Shown here: positions 33,442-48,249 of the stretch, one piece after another
Layout of the letters: the number at the start of each line of letters is the position of its first letter
Numbering within the stretch: position 1 is the first letter of the stretch
Assembly: GCA_963822965.1 (NCBI GenBank)
Contig: CAWGJT010000005.1
Location: 1,632,001 to 1,696,000, forward strand
DNA: 64,000 nucleotides
Direction of reading: 5' to 3'
Origin: an uncultured delta proteobacterium
GTDB lineage: Bacteria; Myxococcota_A; UBA9160; UBA4427
The notes under the pieces: generated by a model
What the model was told of the DNA's origin: nothing
Database searches by the model: none
The model's input: only the letters and a program-made list of their open reading frames with translations
Position numbers and translations under genes: made by a program

Positions 33442-35648
33442 GTGCCGGGTAGGCTAGCAGCCGAGCGAGCCGCGCTCCTTGCCGCGATCTGCGCCGCTTC
33501 CTTCGCCGGGCCGGTGGTGGCGGCGCGGGCCCAGGCGCCCGAAGAAGTCCGTCGGGATGCCGCGCCGCACGACGCGGCCGGGCAGGCGGGGCGCGTCGAC
33601 GGCGAACGCATCCGGAACGCCGACGCCGAGCCCGGCAGCTGGCTCGCCCACGGACGCACCTACGACGAGCAGCGCTACAGCCCCCTCACCCAGATCGACC
33701 GCCAGAACGTGGCGCGCCTCGGCCTCGCCTGGTCGTACCGGACGGGCACGAAGCGGGGGCTCGAGGCCAGCCCCATCGTCGTCGACGGCGTCCTCTACGC
33801 GACGGGCAGCTGGTCGGTGGTCTACGCCCTGGACGCGGCCACGGGTCGCGAGCTCTGGACCTACGACCCGAAGGTGCCACGCGCCAAGGGACGGGACGCC
33901 TGCTGCGACGTGGTGAATCGCGGCGTCGCGGTGTGGAAGGGACGGGTCTACCTGGGCACCCTCGACGGTCGCCTGGTAGCCCTCGACGCCGCGACCGGGA
34001 AGCTCGTCTGGCAGGTGCAGACCACCGATCCCGAGAAGCCCTACACGATCACCGGGGCGCCCCGCGTCGTGAAGGACCGGGTCGTCATCGGCAACGGCGG
34101 CGCCGAGTTCGGCGTGCGCGGCTACTTCAGCGCCTACGACGCGGCCACGGGCGAGCGGCTCTGGCGCTTCTACACGGTGCCCGCCAGCAAGGACGGCCCG
34201 TTCGAGCACCCCGAGCTCGCGACGGCCGCCGCCACCTGGCCCGCGGACGCCCTGTGGGAGCTGGGTCTCGGCGGAACCGTCTGGGATTCCATGGCCTACG
34301 ACCCCGAGCTCGACCTGCTCTACGTCGGCGTGGGAAACAGCTCGGTGTACGACCGGGAGAAGCGAAGCCCGGGCGGCGGCGACAACCTCTTCCTCTCCTC
34401 GATCCTCGCCGTGAAGCCCGAGACGGGCCGCATGGTCTGGTACTACCAGACGACGCCCGGGCGAATCCTGGGACTACACCGCCACCCAGCACATGATCCT
34501 GGCCGACCTCGAGATCGGCGGCCGCCCGCGCAAGGTGCTGCTGCAGGCGCCGAAGAACGGCTTCTTCTACGTGCTCGACCGGGCGACCGGCGAGCTGCTC
34601 TCGGCCGACAAGTACGCCATCGCCACCTGGGCGACCCACGTCGATCTCGCGACCGGACGTCCCGTCGAGCGACCCGAGGCGCAGTGGTCGAAGCATCCGG
34701 CGCTCGTCTCCCCGGGCGTCGCGGGCGCGCACAACTGGCACCCCATGGCGTTCAGCCCGCGGACGGGCCTCGTCTACATCCCTACCACGTCCTTCGTCTA
34801 TGCGTTCCATCCCGACCCGAACTTCCAGCCCCTGCACGACAGCTTCAACACGGCGGAGGACTGGGGCGCCATGTCCCGCAGTCTCGAGGGCTACATGGAC
34901 GCCATGAAGCCCTGCACGCCGAGCCACATCACGGCCTGGGACCCGGTGGCGCAGAAGCCCGCCTGGCGCGTCGACCACGACTCCCAGGTGCCGGGCGGGC
35001 TGCTCGCGACCGCCGGCGATCTCGTCTTCCAGGGAACGGGAAGCGGGGTCTTCGCCGCCTACGACGCGGTGGATGGACGCCGACTGTGGCGGAGCGAGAC
35101 CAAGGTCGGCGTGATGGCGCCGCCGGTGAGCTATGCGGTGGCCGGCGAGCAGTACGTCGTCGTGCTGGCCGGAGTCGGCGGATCCCACGGGCTGCATCGC
35201 GACATCCTCCAATGGCAGAACGACGGGCGCATCCTGGCCTGGAAGCTCGGGCGGCCAGGCGGAGATGCCTCCGGTCGCCCCGCTGGACCGCGGCCCCGTC
35301 CAGGCACCGCACATCGCGCTCGTTCCCGAACGGGTCGACCGCGGACGCGATCTCTACGCGCGCCACTGCGCCCGCTGTCACGGAATCACCACCCGCAGCA
35401 CCGGCATCATTCCGGACCTCAAGCGCTCGACGCCCGGGGTGCACGACAGCTGGAACGAGATCGTGCTCGGGGGCATCCTGTCGGGCGGCGGCATGGCGAG
35501 CTTCGCGGACGTGCTCGACGCCCGGGACGCCGCGGACATCCACGCCTACGTGATCTCGCGTGCGCTCCACGAGCCGACGTTGATGGAAGAGCTGGCGCTC
35601 TGGGTCTCCCGGTACGCGTGCCTGCCCGTGGAGTGGGTGACCGACTAG
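33442..35648 (+). CDS. PQQ-dependent quinohemoprotein alcohol dehydrogenase (type II, C-terminal cytochrome c), frameshifts near 34460 and 35250
   Basis: [41 protein letters not shown] (after frame repair), [17 protein letters not shown], heme motif CARCH. Confidence 0.9.
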
Positions 35649-35672
35649 CGGGTGACCGACTCGCAGGCGGGC

Positions 35673-36477
35673 TCAGGCTTCCGGCGCGGGCGACGCCCAC
35701 GCCAGCTCCTCTCGCAGCCGCGCGAAGAACGTCGGGTCCGGATCGATGGGCGTCATCACCGCGAGCCCGTCGTAGAGGGGGCTCCGGGCGATCGCACCGG
35801 CGAAGGACGCGAAGTGCTCCCAGCCCGCGTCCGCGCCGAAGCGTTCCAGGCGATCGAGCAATCCCGGCGGCAGGGGAATGGCGAGGCGCCGGGACAGGCG
35901 CACGGCCGCGCGGGTCGACAGGGTCGGCATCAGCATCGGGGTCACCGTCACCCGGGGATGCTCGGCCCGGATCGTCTCCGCGAACGGCGCCAGAGAGAAC
36001 AGATCGAAGGTCACCTGCGTCTGCACGCCGTGGGCGCCGGCGTCGAGCTTCGCGCGGAGGTTCGCGAGCACCCGCTCGCGCGGACCGAAGGGGTTCAGGG
36101 TGACGGAGACGTGGGCCTCGGGAAGGCGGCGGCGCACCAGGCGCACCACCTCGCGGATGCGGGGCGTGTCGGCGTCGTCCTCGGCCTTGTGCTCCCCCCG
36201 GATGCACAGCACGCGGCCGAGCCCGGCGTCGCCGGCGCGCGCCACGTCGTCCTCGATGGCCGCCATGCTGCGACCCGCGGTTGGCCAGGTGCCACACCGG
36301 CTCGAAGCCCGCCCGTTGCAGCTCGATCGAGGCGGGCAGGCTCGCCCAGCGCTCCGGGCGCTGGATCACGTTGACGCGCCGGACCCCCGCACCGAGCGCC
36401 CCGGCCCGGCGCAGCAGCACGCCGGGACGGGGCGCCGCCGGCGGCGTGATCTCGAGGGTGACGGGGAACGCGGACAC
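35673..36477 (-). CDS. Methylenetetrahydrofolate reductase-like protein (MetF family, divergent), frameshift near 36275
   Basis: TLEITPP; PVWHLANR; VLCIRGE; LRAKLDAGAHGVQTQVTFD. Confidence 0.75.
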
Positions 36478-36533
36478 CCGGGCAGCGTGCCCGGGCCCCG
36501 TTGACAAGTAAAGTGAAACGTTAGAGCCTAATT

Positions 36534-36550
36534 GTTCGATGAAATCGAAC
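36534..36550. promoter_or_regulatory. Candidate LysR binding site (T-N11-A palindrome)
   Basis: GTTCGAT-GAA-ATCGAAC lies in the AT-rich gap between the divergent metF-like and LysR genes; TTGACA at 36501. Confidence 0.65.
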
Positions 36551-36581
36551 GATCGCAACGGACCGGGCGGGCGCGCGGACC

Positions 36582-37510
36582 GTGGCGGCGCGGATCGACC
36601 TCGACGTCACCCGCGTGGACCTCAACAAGCTGCGCACGTTCTTCGTCATCGCCGAGCGCGGGCGGCGTGAGCGCCGCCGCTGCACGACCTGGCCCTCACC
36701 CGCTCGGCGGTGAGCCACAGCCTCTCGTCCCTCGAGGAGGCCCTCGGCGTCAGCCTCTTCCACCGGGTGGGCCGGCGGCTGGTGCTGAGCCGCGAAGGCG
36801 CCCGGCTGCGAAGCGCCTACGCGGACGCGGAGCAGCGCATCGGCCGCGCCCTGGGCGAGATCGGCGAGGAGGCCAGCGAGGTGCGCGGTCGGGTTCGGCT
36901 CGGCCTGTATCCCGGCTTCTCGCGCTTTCGCCTGGCGGCGGTGCTCGAGGGGTTTCTCGCCGAGCACCCGGGCGCCCGCTGTCGCCTGATGCAGGGATCG
37001 CGATCCGAGCTGCTGCAGGCCCTGCTCGAGGGACGGATCGACTTCGCGCTGTCGCTGCGGCCGCACGATCCCGCCGCCGCGAGCCGCGTGCGCTCGACGC
37101 GGCTCTTCGAGCAGGCGCTGGTGCTCGCCGTCGCGAAGGGCCGGCGCCGCCCGCGCCGCGGGCTCGAGGGCCTCGCGGCGCTTCCCTTCGTGGACCACTT
37201 CCGCAGCGATCCCCTCATCGAGCGCTGGGTGGCCCACCACTACGAAGGCCGCCGCATCGCGCACGCGGACGTGCGGGTGTGGGTGGGCGGCGCCACGGAC
37301 CTCGCCCTCGAGCTCACCTGTCGCGGGGTGGGCGCGTGCGTGCTGCCCCTGGATCTCGTGGAGCCCTATCGCCGGCGCGGCGAGCTCACGGTGGTCCGCG
37401 GCTCGGGACCGCCCCTGCTGGACGGAATCTGGCTGAACGAGCTCTCCGGGGCGCGGACGCGCCCCGTCCAGGCCGCCCTACGAGGCGCGTTGCTGCAGGC
37501 GCCCGCCTGA
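36582..37510 (+). CDS. LysR-family transcriptional regulator (frameshifts in the HTH region)
   Basis: DLNKLRTFFVIAE...LTRSAVSHSLSSLEEALGVSLFHRVGRRLVLSREG; GRVRLG; LLEGRIDFAL. Confidence 0.9.
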
Positions 37511-37512
37511 GC

Positions 37513-38763
37513 TCAGAGCTCGAAGCTGCCGCTTCGCCCCAGGCGGTCCCGGGACTCGGCGCCCATCGCCTTCGGGGCCCCCTCGCGAATGCGCGACAGC
37601 TTGTCGGGCACCGGGGCCACGTCGCCCGGACGGCGCGGCAGGCCGAAGCCCGTGTAGAGCACCCGCCGCTCGCGGGTCGTCGGCGGCCGGCTCATGTGAC
37701 ACGTGCAGCTCAGGTGGACGGTGACGTCGCCCTTCGCGGTGGGCAGCGGAACCTTCGGCAGGTCGACGCGCGGATGCACACCCGCAGCCGGGATCGAGGC
37801 GCGGTGCGAACCGGCCAGCACGCCGAGCTCGCCGCTCGCGGCGTCCGCGCCGGTGACCGAGATGCCCACGGTCATCGAGCAGCACTGGTACGAGTGGCGG
37901 CCCAGCGCGCAGTCCTTGTGCCAGGGCAGGTCGCTGATTCCTTCGACCACGTCCAGCGGCTTCACGAGCGCCTCGACGAGGTTGCCTTCGCGCCCCTCGC
38001 GCGCCTCGAAGCCGCAGCGTCCGAGCTCGCCGATGCGCAGGAAGCGATCGGGTCCCGCAGCAGCTCGGCCGTCGCCGGGGAGTGCTCCTGGAAGCGCTGC
38101 AGCCGGACGGGCCGGTGCTCGCCGCTCCCGGTCCGCGCCCACCAGGAGTTGCCGTCGTCCGGCGCGTAGCCAGGAGCGGCGGTGTCCATGTCCCGGGAGA
38201 TCGCGTCCATCTCGTCCGGCTCGAAAACGCCCTCGAGGTGCAGGAAGCCCGCCTCCTCGAGGAAGTGCGAGATCTCGTCGGGATCGTCGTCCAGCCGGAA
38301 GCGGCGGTGCAGGTCGAGGGGCGCGCCGTCGCGATCCTCGGAACTGGATCTGTCCGGGCTCCCAGGCCGGCCGTCCGTCGAGCAGCGCCCGCGCCACGGG
38401 CTCCCACTCGATCCAGTCGTCGACGCCACCGGCGCGCATCTCGACGAGGCCGCCGAGCACGAGCCCCATGCTCGAGCACTGATCCTGCACCCATTCGGAG
38501 AAGCTCTCACGGGAGAGGCTCGCCACCACGGCGCCGCTCGCGACGCCCGACTCGATGCGCAGGCCGACGTCCTGGGGGACGAAGCTCACGACCTGGCCCT
38601 CGACGTCGAGCGCGAGCGGAGCGAGCTCCCAGACCCGGGCGCCGCGCGCCGCCAGCCGTCCGTTGCGGCCCAGGAGGACCGGCGCCTCGTGCTCCAGGAA
38701 GTGCGACAGGTCGAGGGACTGGGTCTCGTGGTCGAAGCGGGTTCGCCGGTCGAGCGAGCTCAT
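37513..38763 (-). CDS. Phytanoyl-CoA dioxygenase (PhyH)-like 2OG-Fe(II) oxygenase with N-terminal extension, frameshifted
   Basis: HFLEEAGFLHLEGVF; PWHKD (HxD); GELGVLAGSH; GDVTVHLSCTCH; GGAGG RBS. Confidence 0.8.
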   Translation of the reverse strand: MSSLDRRTRFDHETQSLDLSHFLEHEAPVLLGRNGRLAARGARVWELAPLALDVEGQVVSFVPQDVGLRIESGVASGAVVASLSRESFSEWVQDQCSSMGLVLGGLVEMRAGGVDDWIEWEPVARALLDGRPAWEPGQIQFRGSRRRAPRPAPPLPAGRRSRRDLALPRGGGLPAPRGRFRAGRDGRDLPGHGHRRSWLRAGRRQLLVGADRERRAPARPAAALPGALPGDGRAAAGPDRFLRIGELGRCGFEAREGREGNLVEALVKPLDVVEGISDLPWHKDCALGRHSYQCCSMTVGISVTGADAASGELGVLAGSHRASIPAAGVHPRVDLPKVPLPTAKGDVTVHLSCTCHMSRPPTTRERRVLYTGFGLPRRPGDVAPVPDKLSRIREGAPKAMGAESRDRLGRSGSFEL

Positions 38764-38854
38764 CGTGCGTCCTCCGCGGGGCGGGGCGATCGCCAGGGTA
38801 GCACCGACCGGGCTCCTCCCGGCCCCCGGTCGCGAGGGCGCGGTCACGCCCGCT

Positions 38855-39990
38855 TCAAGAGACGCCGTGGGCCGAGAGCCAGTTCGCCACGAGGTCGGCC
38901 ACCTCGGCCCGGGCCGTCCGCGGCTCGACCAGGTAGTGATCGCCGGCGACGAGCTCGAGACGCTTGTCGCTGGCCGCGAGACCGTCGTGGATGGCGCGGG
39001 CGTCGCTCGGGAAGCATCCCGTATCCGCCAGGCTCTGGATCACCAGCGAGGGCTGGGTGATACGCGCGAGGTGGGGGGCGCCGCCGCAGTCGGACTCGCG
39101 CAGGCTCCACATGGAGAGCCACGTCCGCAGGGTATTGGTCGAGCCGATGCCGAAGGGGCTGTAGTTCGCGCGCCGCGGGTCTCCCGCGTAGCACTGGCCG
39201 ATGGGACGGTCCGAGGGATCGAGCCGGCCGTCCATCAGGCGCAGGTCGGCCCAGGTGCGGTAGACGTTGAAGAGGCGGTCGGGGACGCCCCGGGCGGCGA
39301 GCCGCTCGAGCTCGGCGATCGCCCAGTCGGTGATGCGGTGGTTGCGGGCCTCCTGCGCGGCGCGGTAGCGCGCGACGAACTCGTCCGCGTAGGGAGGCCC
39401 GTTTGCGGGATCGTACATGTCCAGGGCCGGGTCGACCGAGGCCGGATCGCGCTCGTCGGCCACCGCCGGATCGAACCAGGCGGTCAACACCTCGGGCCGA
39501 CCCTGGTGTGCGTTGAGCGAGACGTAGTAGTCGGCCGGCGGCAGGGCGTTCACCGCTTCGGGCAGCACGAGGCCCCGGGCCGGCCGAATGGACGGCGACA
39601 GCGCCTGGGACTGGTAGGCGCCCATCAGCGAGCCGCCCCCGGAGTTTCCGAGAAGGACCACGGTCTCGACCCCGGCCTCCTCCCGCAGCCAGCGAACGCC
39701 GGCGCCGATGTCCACCAGCGCGTGCTCGAGCAGGAAGAAGGGCTCCGCTCCCCGAAAGCGCGTGTTCCAGCCGAGGAACCCGTAGCCACGTTCCGCCAGG
39801 TACGGCCCGAGGTAGTGCTCGCTGAAGTCCACGTTGTAATGCGTGGCAATGAGCGCGGCACGCGGCCGCGCGCCCGCGCGCGCACACCCAGACGCCCTGG
39901 CAACCGTGGTGGCCGACGGGGTTCTGCCTCGAGGTGGGAGAGTCGAGGGAGACGAAGCGCCGCTCGATCGCCGGCGGAGCGGAAGCGCTC
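38855..39990 (-). CDS. Alpha/beta hydrolase, frameshift near 39880
   Basis: IATHYNVDFSEHYL; LLGNSGGGSL; VAGDHY. The start is approximate. Confidence 0.8.
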
Positions 39991-40709
39991 AGGACGTCGC
40001 GATCTCGCCCAGGATGCGGGCGAGCTCCTCGGGCGCCGAGAAGAACGGCGAGTGGCTCGTGTCCATCTGGTACACGTTGCGACAGCCGTGCCGCTCGATC
40101 AACGCGCGCTGGCCGGAGGGCAGCAGGGCGCGGTCCCGCAGGCACACGATGTAGTCCCGGGGAACCCGGCCGGAGCGGTCGCCCGCGACCTGCACCGCCC
40201 CCGAGACGAGCCCGGCCGGCTCGGGACACAGACGCTCGCGGGCGAAGGCCACGTCCTCGTCGCTGCAGTCCTCGTAGAAGAGGTAACGGAGGTCCTTGGG
40301 CGTCGAAGAGGAGGGTCGTCCCGTCCTCCGAGGGACCGACCGCCGCGACCAGCTCGGGCGAGGTCATCGCCTCGTCCGGCGCGAAAATGGCTTCCGGGTC
40401 GGGGAGAAAGGCCGCGAGATACACCAGGCTCTGCAGCCGATCGGAACGCCGCGCGGCCACCTGGGTGATGGTGACGCCCCCGAGACTGTGTCCGACGAGC
40501 ACGACGTCGCCTTCCAGCGAATCGATCACCTCGCACACCCGATCGCAGTAGGCGTCGAGGCCCACGCCGGCCGCCGGCGCCGGATCGGCTCCGTGGGCGG
40601 GGAGGTCGGGGGCCTCCACGACGTGTCCCGCCGCGCGGAGCAACGGCACGAGCTTCGACCAGCACCAACCGCCGTGCCAGGCACCGTGGACGAGGACGAA
40701 GGTGGCCAT
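39989..40709 (-). CDS. Alpha/beta hydrolase (methylesterase-like), frameshift near 40295
   Basis: MATFVLVHGAWHGGWCW; LVGHSLGG; DTSHSPFFSAPEEL. Confidence 0.9.
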
Positions 40710-40848
40710 GGCGGCAGCATAACATCCCAGGGCCGGAGGCCCGGCCGGAAAGTGTGACCTGCAGGCGGTGCGGCTCGATCGCTTCTCTGGAGCGCTCGGT
40801 TTGGCGCTCGGTCTCGCCCAGGAGCAGGCGGCCTTCTGTCGCACGCTC

Positions 40849-42103
40849 CTAGGCAGTGTACTCCAATGGAAGACGGCACCGTCCCCGAACCAGGAAGGAG
40901 TCGATCATCTGGTCCCGCGGCGCCGCTGGCCTTGAGACGGGGCAGCTCCGGAACGATCGCCTCCAGGGCCACCCGCGCTTCGAGGCGCGCGAGAGAGGCA
41001 CCCAGGCAGAAGTGCACCCCGTAGCCAAAGCCCAGGTGTCCGCGTGCGTCGCGGTCGAGGTCGAAGACGTCCGCCCGTCCGAAGCGGCGCTCGTCTCGAT
41101 TGGCGCTGGCGAGGAGCACCGCCACCGTCGCGTCCCGGGGAACCACGGTGCCGACGATCGAGACGTCCCGGGTCGCGCGCCGGAAGGCCAGCTGGATCGG
41201 CGAGTCGAAGCGCAGGGTCTCCTCGATGAGGGCCGGCACCCCGGCGGGATCGGCAGCCACCCGCTCCAGCGCGTCGGGGTGGTCGAGCAGGACGTTCACC
41301 GCGTTACCGATCAGGTTCGTGGTGGTCTCGTTGCCGGCGACCAGGAGCAGCAGGACGAAGTTGACCACGTCGAGCTCCGAGAGGGTTCCGTCCTGCTCCG
41401 GGTCGACGAGCAGGCTCAGCAGGTCGTCGCGCGGCTCCTTCCGGCGGGCCCGCACCGCGTCGCGCAGGTAGCCGAAGACGTCGGCGAAGACGTCCAGCAG
41501 GCCGCTGCCCACGGGATCGAGCTTCGCGGCGCCCGAGATCATGGCCACGATGGCGTCGCTCCAGGCCTTGAAGTCGGCGCGCCGCTCGGGCTCGACGCCG
41601 AGCATCTCGGCGATGATGGACACCGGGAGCGGAACCGCGAGGTCCTCGACGACGTCGATGCGGCCCGTCCGTTCCAGGACGCGCATCCGTGCCGCCACCA
41701 CCTCCCGCGCGCGCGGCTCCCAGCCGGCGATCCGGCGTGGCGTGAAGCCCCGGTTCACGATGGCGCGCATGACGTCGTGGCGCGGCGGGTCGAGGGTCGA
41801 GAGGTTGCCGGCACGCTGCGCGGCGAACGGGTTGATCTTCGTTCGCCACAGGAAGCGGAGCAGGAAGAGCGCATAGCGCGGGCCCATCATGCTGGCATCG
41901 GTCTTCATCAACACGTCGCGCATGGCGTCGGAAGAGAAGAGATCGGGCTGCTTCAGGACGAAGATCGCGTCGTCGTAGCGGGACACGCAGTACGTGCCGG
42001 AGGTCGGCGACCGGTGCACCGGGTCGCGTTCCCGAAGCGCCGCGTACACCGGGTAGGGGTCGGCGGCCGCGATCATCTCGAAGGGCTCGTAGTCGACGGA
42101 CAT
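40849..42103 (-). CDS. Cytochrome P450 (frameshift near the C-terminus)
   Basis: [51 protein letters not shown]. Confidence 0.9.
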
Positions 42104-42155
42104 GGTCGGGCTCCCGCACCCCTCGTCGTCGGTCTGGCTCCGTTACCTTAGCGCG

Positions 42156-46680
<4,525 letters not shown>

Positions 46681-46707
46681 GGAGAACGCGCCGGCGACCC
46701 GGTCTCA

Positions 46708-46866
46708 GAGCCTGTGAAGGAATCCTCGACCGAGTCAGGCGCTGCGCCGGTGGGTCGGATGCAAGGCGCGACGACGAGGCGTAGCGCGCCTACGGCGAGG
46801 AGGAGCAACGCCGCAGACGGCCCGCCGCCGCAAGCCTGGCGACCGAGAGGATTCCTTCACAGGCTC
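46708..46866. mobile_element. 159-bp MITE-like element with perfect 20-bp TIRs and a TCA duplication
   Basis: TCA|GAGCCTGTGAAGGAATCCTC ... GAGGATTCCTTCACAGGCTC|TCA; internal CGTAG-cgcgc-CTACG hairpin; no coding capacity. Confidence 0.8.
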
Positions 46867-48249
46867 TCAGTCGATCCGCTGGATGGTGGCGCCCCGCAGC
46901 TCGCGCATGATCGGGTCGATGAGCGCCTCCTGGCGCAGCATGCGGCGGTGGAAGTACGCCACCAGGGGCCCGTCGAGGTCCGGATCCGCCTCGAGCACCA
47001 GCTCCTCCAGCGCCTCGTCGGCCTGCCGCCAGGAATCGGGCCGCTCGCCCAGCAGGCTGGCCACGTCGTCGAGGTCGTCCGCCTCGAGGGCCGGACCCAG
47101 GCGGTCGGCGCGGCGCAGGTACTCGGCGGTGCGGCGCGTGGCATCGAAGCGGTAGCCGGCGAACCCGTCGTCGCCCTCCTCGACCTCCTCCTTCGCGTGC
47201 GCCTCCAGCGCGTCGCGCAGCCAGTCGTGGGCCGCGCTGTGCCGCGTCGTCTCGGCGCCCGGCACCTCGACGGGGCTGAGCTCGAGGTCCATCTCCCGCG
47301 CGATCACATCGATGGGCGCGCGGCCGTACACCAGGTACCAGGACAGGTACTGCACGAAGTCCAGCCCCGGCGGCGGATTCGCCACCAGGTGGGCGACGGC
47401 CAGGGGCGTCACGATGGCGAAGCGCACCGTGTGGTAGTCGATCACGCTGCGATCCACGGGCGCGCCGGTGAGCTGCTCGTAGCGGCGCACCGCCCGGGAC
47501 AGGTCGCCGAGGGGCTCGCTCAGGTCGCGGCAGCGCATGCCCGCGAGATCGGCGGCGGGATCGCCCAGGCAGGCCAGCTCGAGGTCGAGGATGGCGGTGA
47601 CGTGTCCCTCGTCGAACAGGAACTGCCCCGCGTCCGCGCACAGGAACGACACCCGCTCCCGGTCGTGCGGCACGTTGCGGCGCACCCAGCCGATCACGAA
47701 CTCGAGCAGGGGCTCGGGCCGCTGCTTGTTGCGCCGGTAGCCGCGCTCCCAGACGTCGAAGTCGCCGAGCCCGAGCGCCTGGGGCGAGCTCGGACGCTCG
47801 AGGCCCACCTTCTCGAAGGCGGCTGGATCGATGGCGTGCATCTTCGCGAGCAGCGACATGTACTCGTCGAGCACGGCCACCCGCTCGACGTCGTCCCGGG
47901 CGGTGCGCAGATTCGCCCGGCCGGGGCAGCGCTCCATCACGATGCCCCGGGGCTCCGGGCAGAACCCGTACACGTGGGGCACGGGGATGTCGTTCTGCTC
48001 GAGCACCTGCAGCACGTTCATCTCGTGCTCGAGCGCGTAGGCGCCGTGGTCCGCCTCGCCGCGCTCGCCGCGAAAGTAGAGGGGCAGGGTGTCGCCGCCG
48101 CGCTCGAGGTCGAGGAACCAGGCCGGCCGCCAGCGCGCCTGGCGCTGGGCGCGCACGATGCGGCCCCCGAGCTCCGTCTCGATCCAACCGAAGGCACGCT
48201 TCCACTCCGCGGGCATGGCCGCGGGAATGCCGGGGGGCGTCGCGCTCAC
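46867..48249 (-). CDS. Phosphotransferase (APH/choline-kinase-like) family protein
   Basis: IPVPHVYG; LAKMHAID; CADAGQFL...ILDLELACLGDPAADLA. GTG overlaps the SDR stop (GTGA). Confidence 0.8.
   Translation of the reverse strand: MSATPPGIPAAMPAEWKRAFGWIETELGGRIVRAQRQARWRPAWFLDLERGGDTLPLYFRGERGEADHGAYALEHEMNVLQVLEQNDIPVPHVYGFCPEPRGIVMERCPGRANLRTARDDVERVAVLDEYMSLLAKMHAIDPAAFEKVGLERPSSPQALGLGDFDVWERGYRRNKQRPEPLLEFVIGWVRRNVPHDRERVSFLCADAGQFLFDEGHVTAILDLELACLGDPAADLAGMRCRDLSEPLGDLSRAVRRYEQLTGAPVDRSVIDYHTVRFAIVTPLAVAHLVANPPPGLDFVQYLSWYLVYGRAPIDVIAREMDLELSPVEVPGAETTRHSAAHDWLRDALEAHAKEEVEEGDDGFAGYRFDATRRTAEYLRRADRLGPALEADDLDDVASLLGERPDSWRQADEALEELVLEADPDLDGPLVAYFHRRMLRQEALIDPIMRELRGATIQRID

Noticed and set aside
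34440..34500. Lanthanide-dependent PQQ dehydrogenase
   Set aside because: The repaired motif is WDYTAT, lacking the extra Asp (D-x-D) of XoxF/PedH types, which fits a Ca-type quinohemoprotein.
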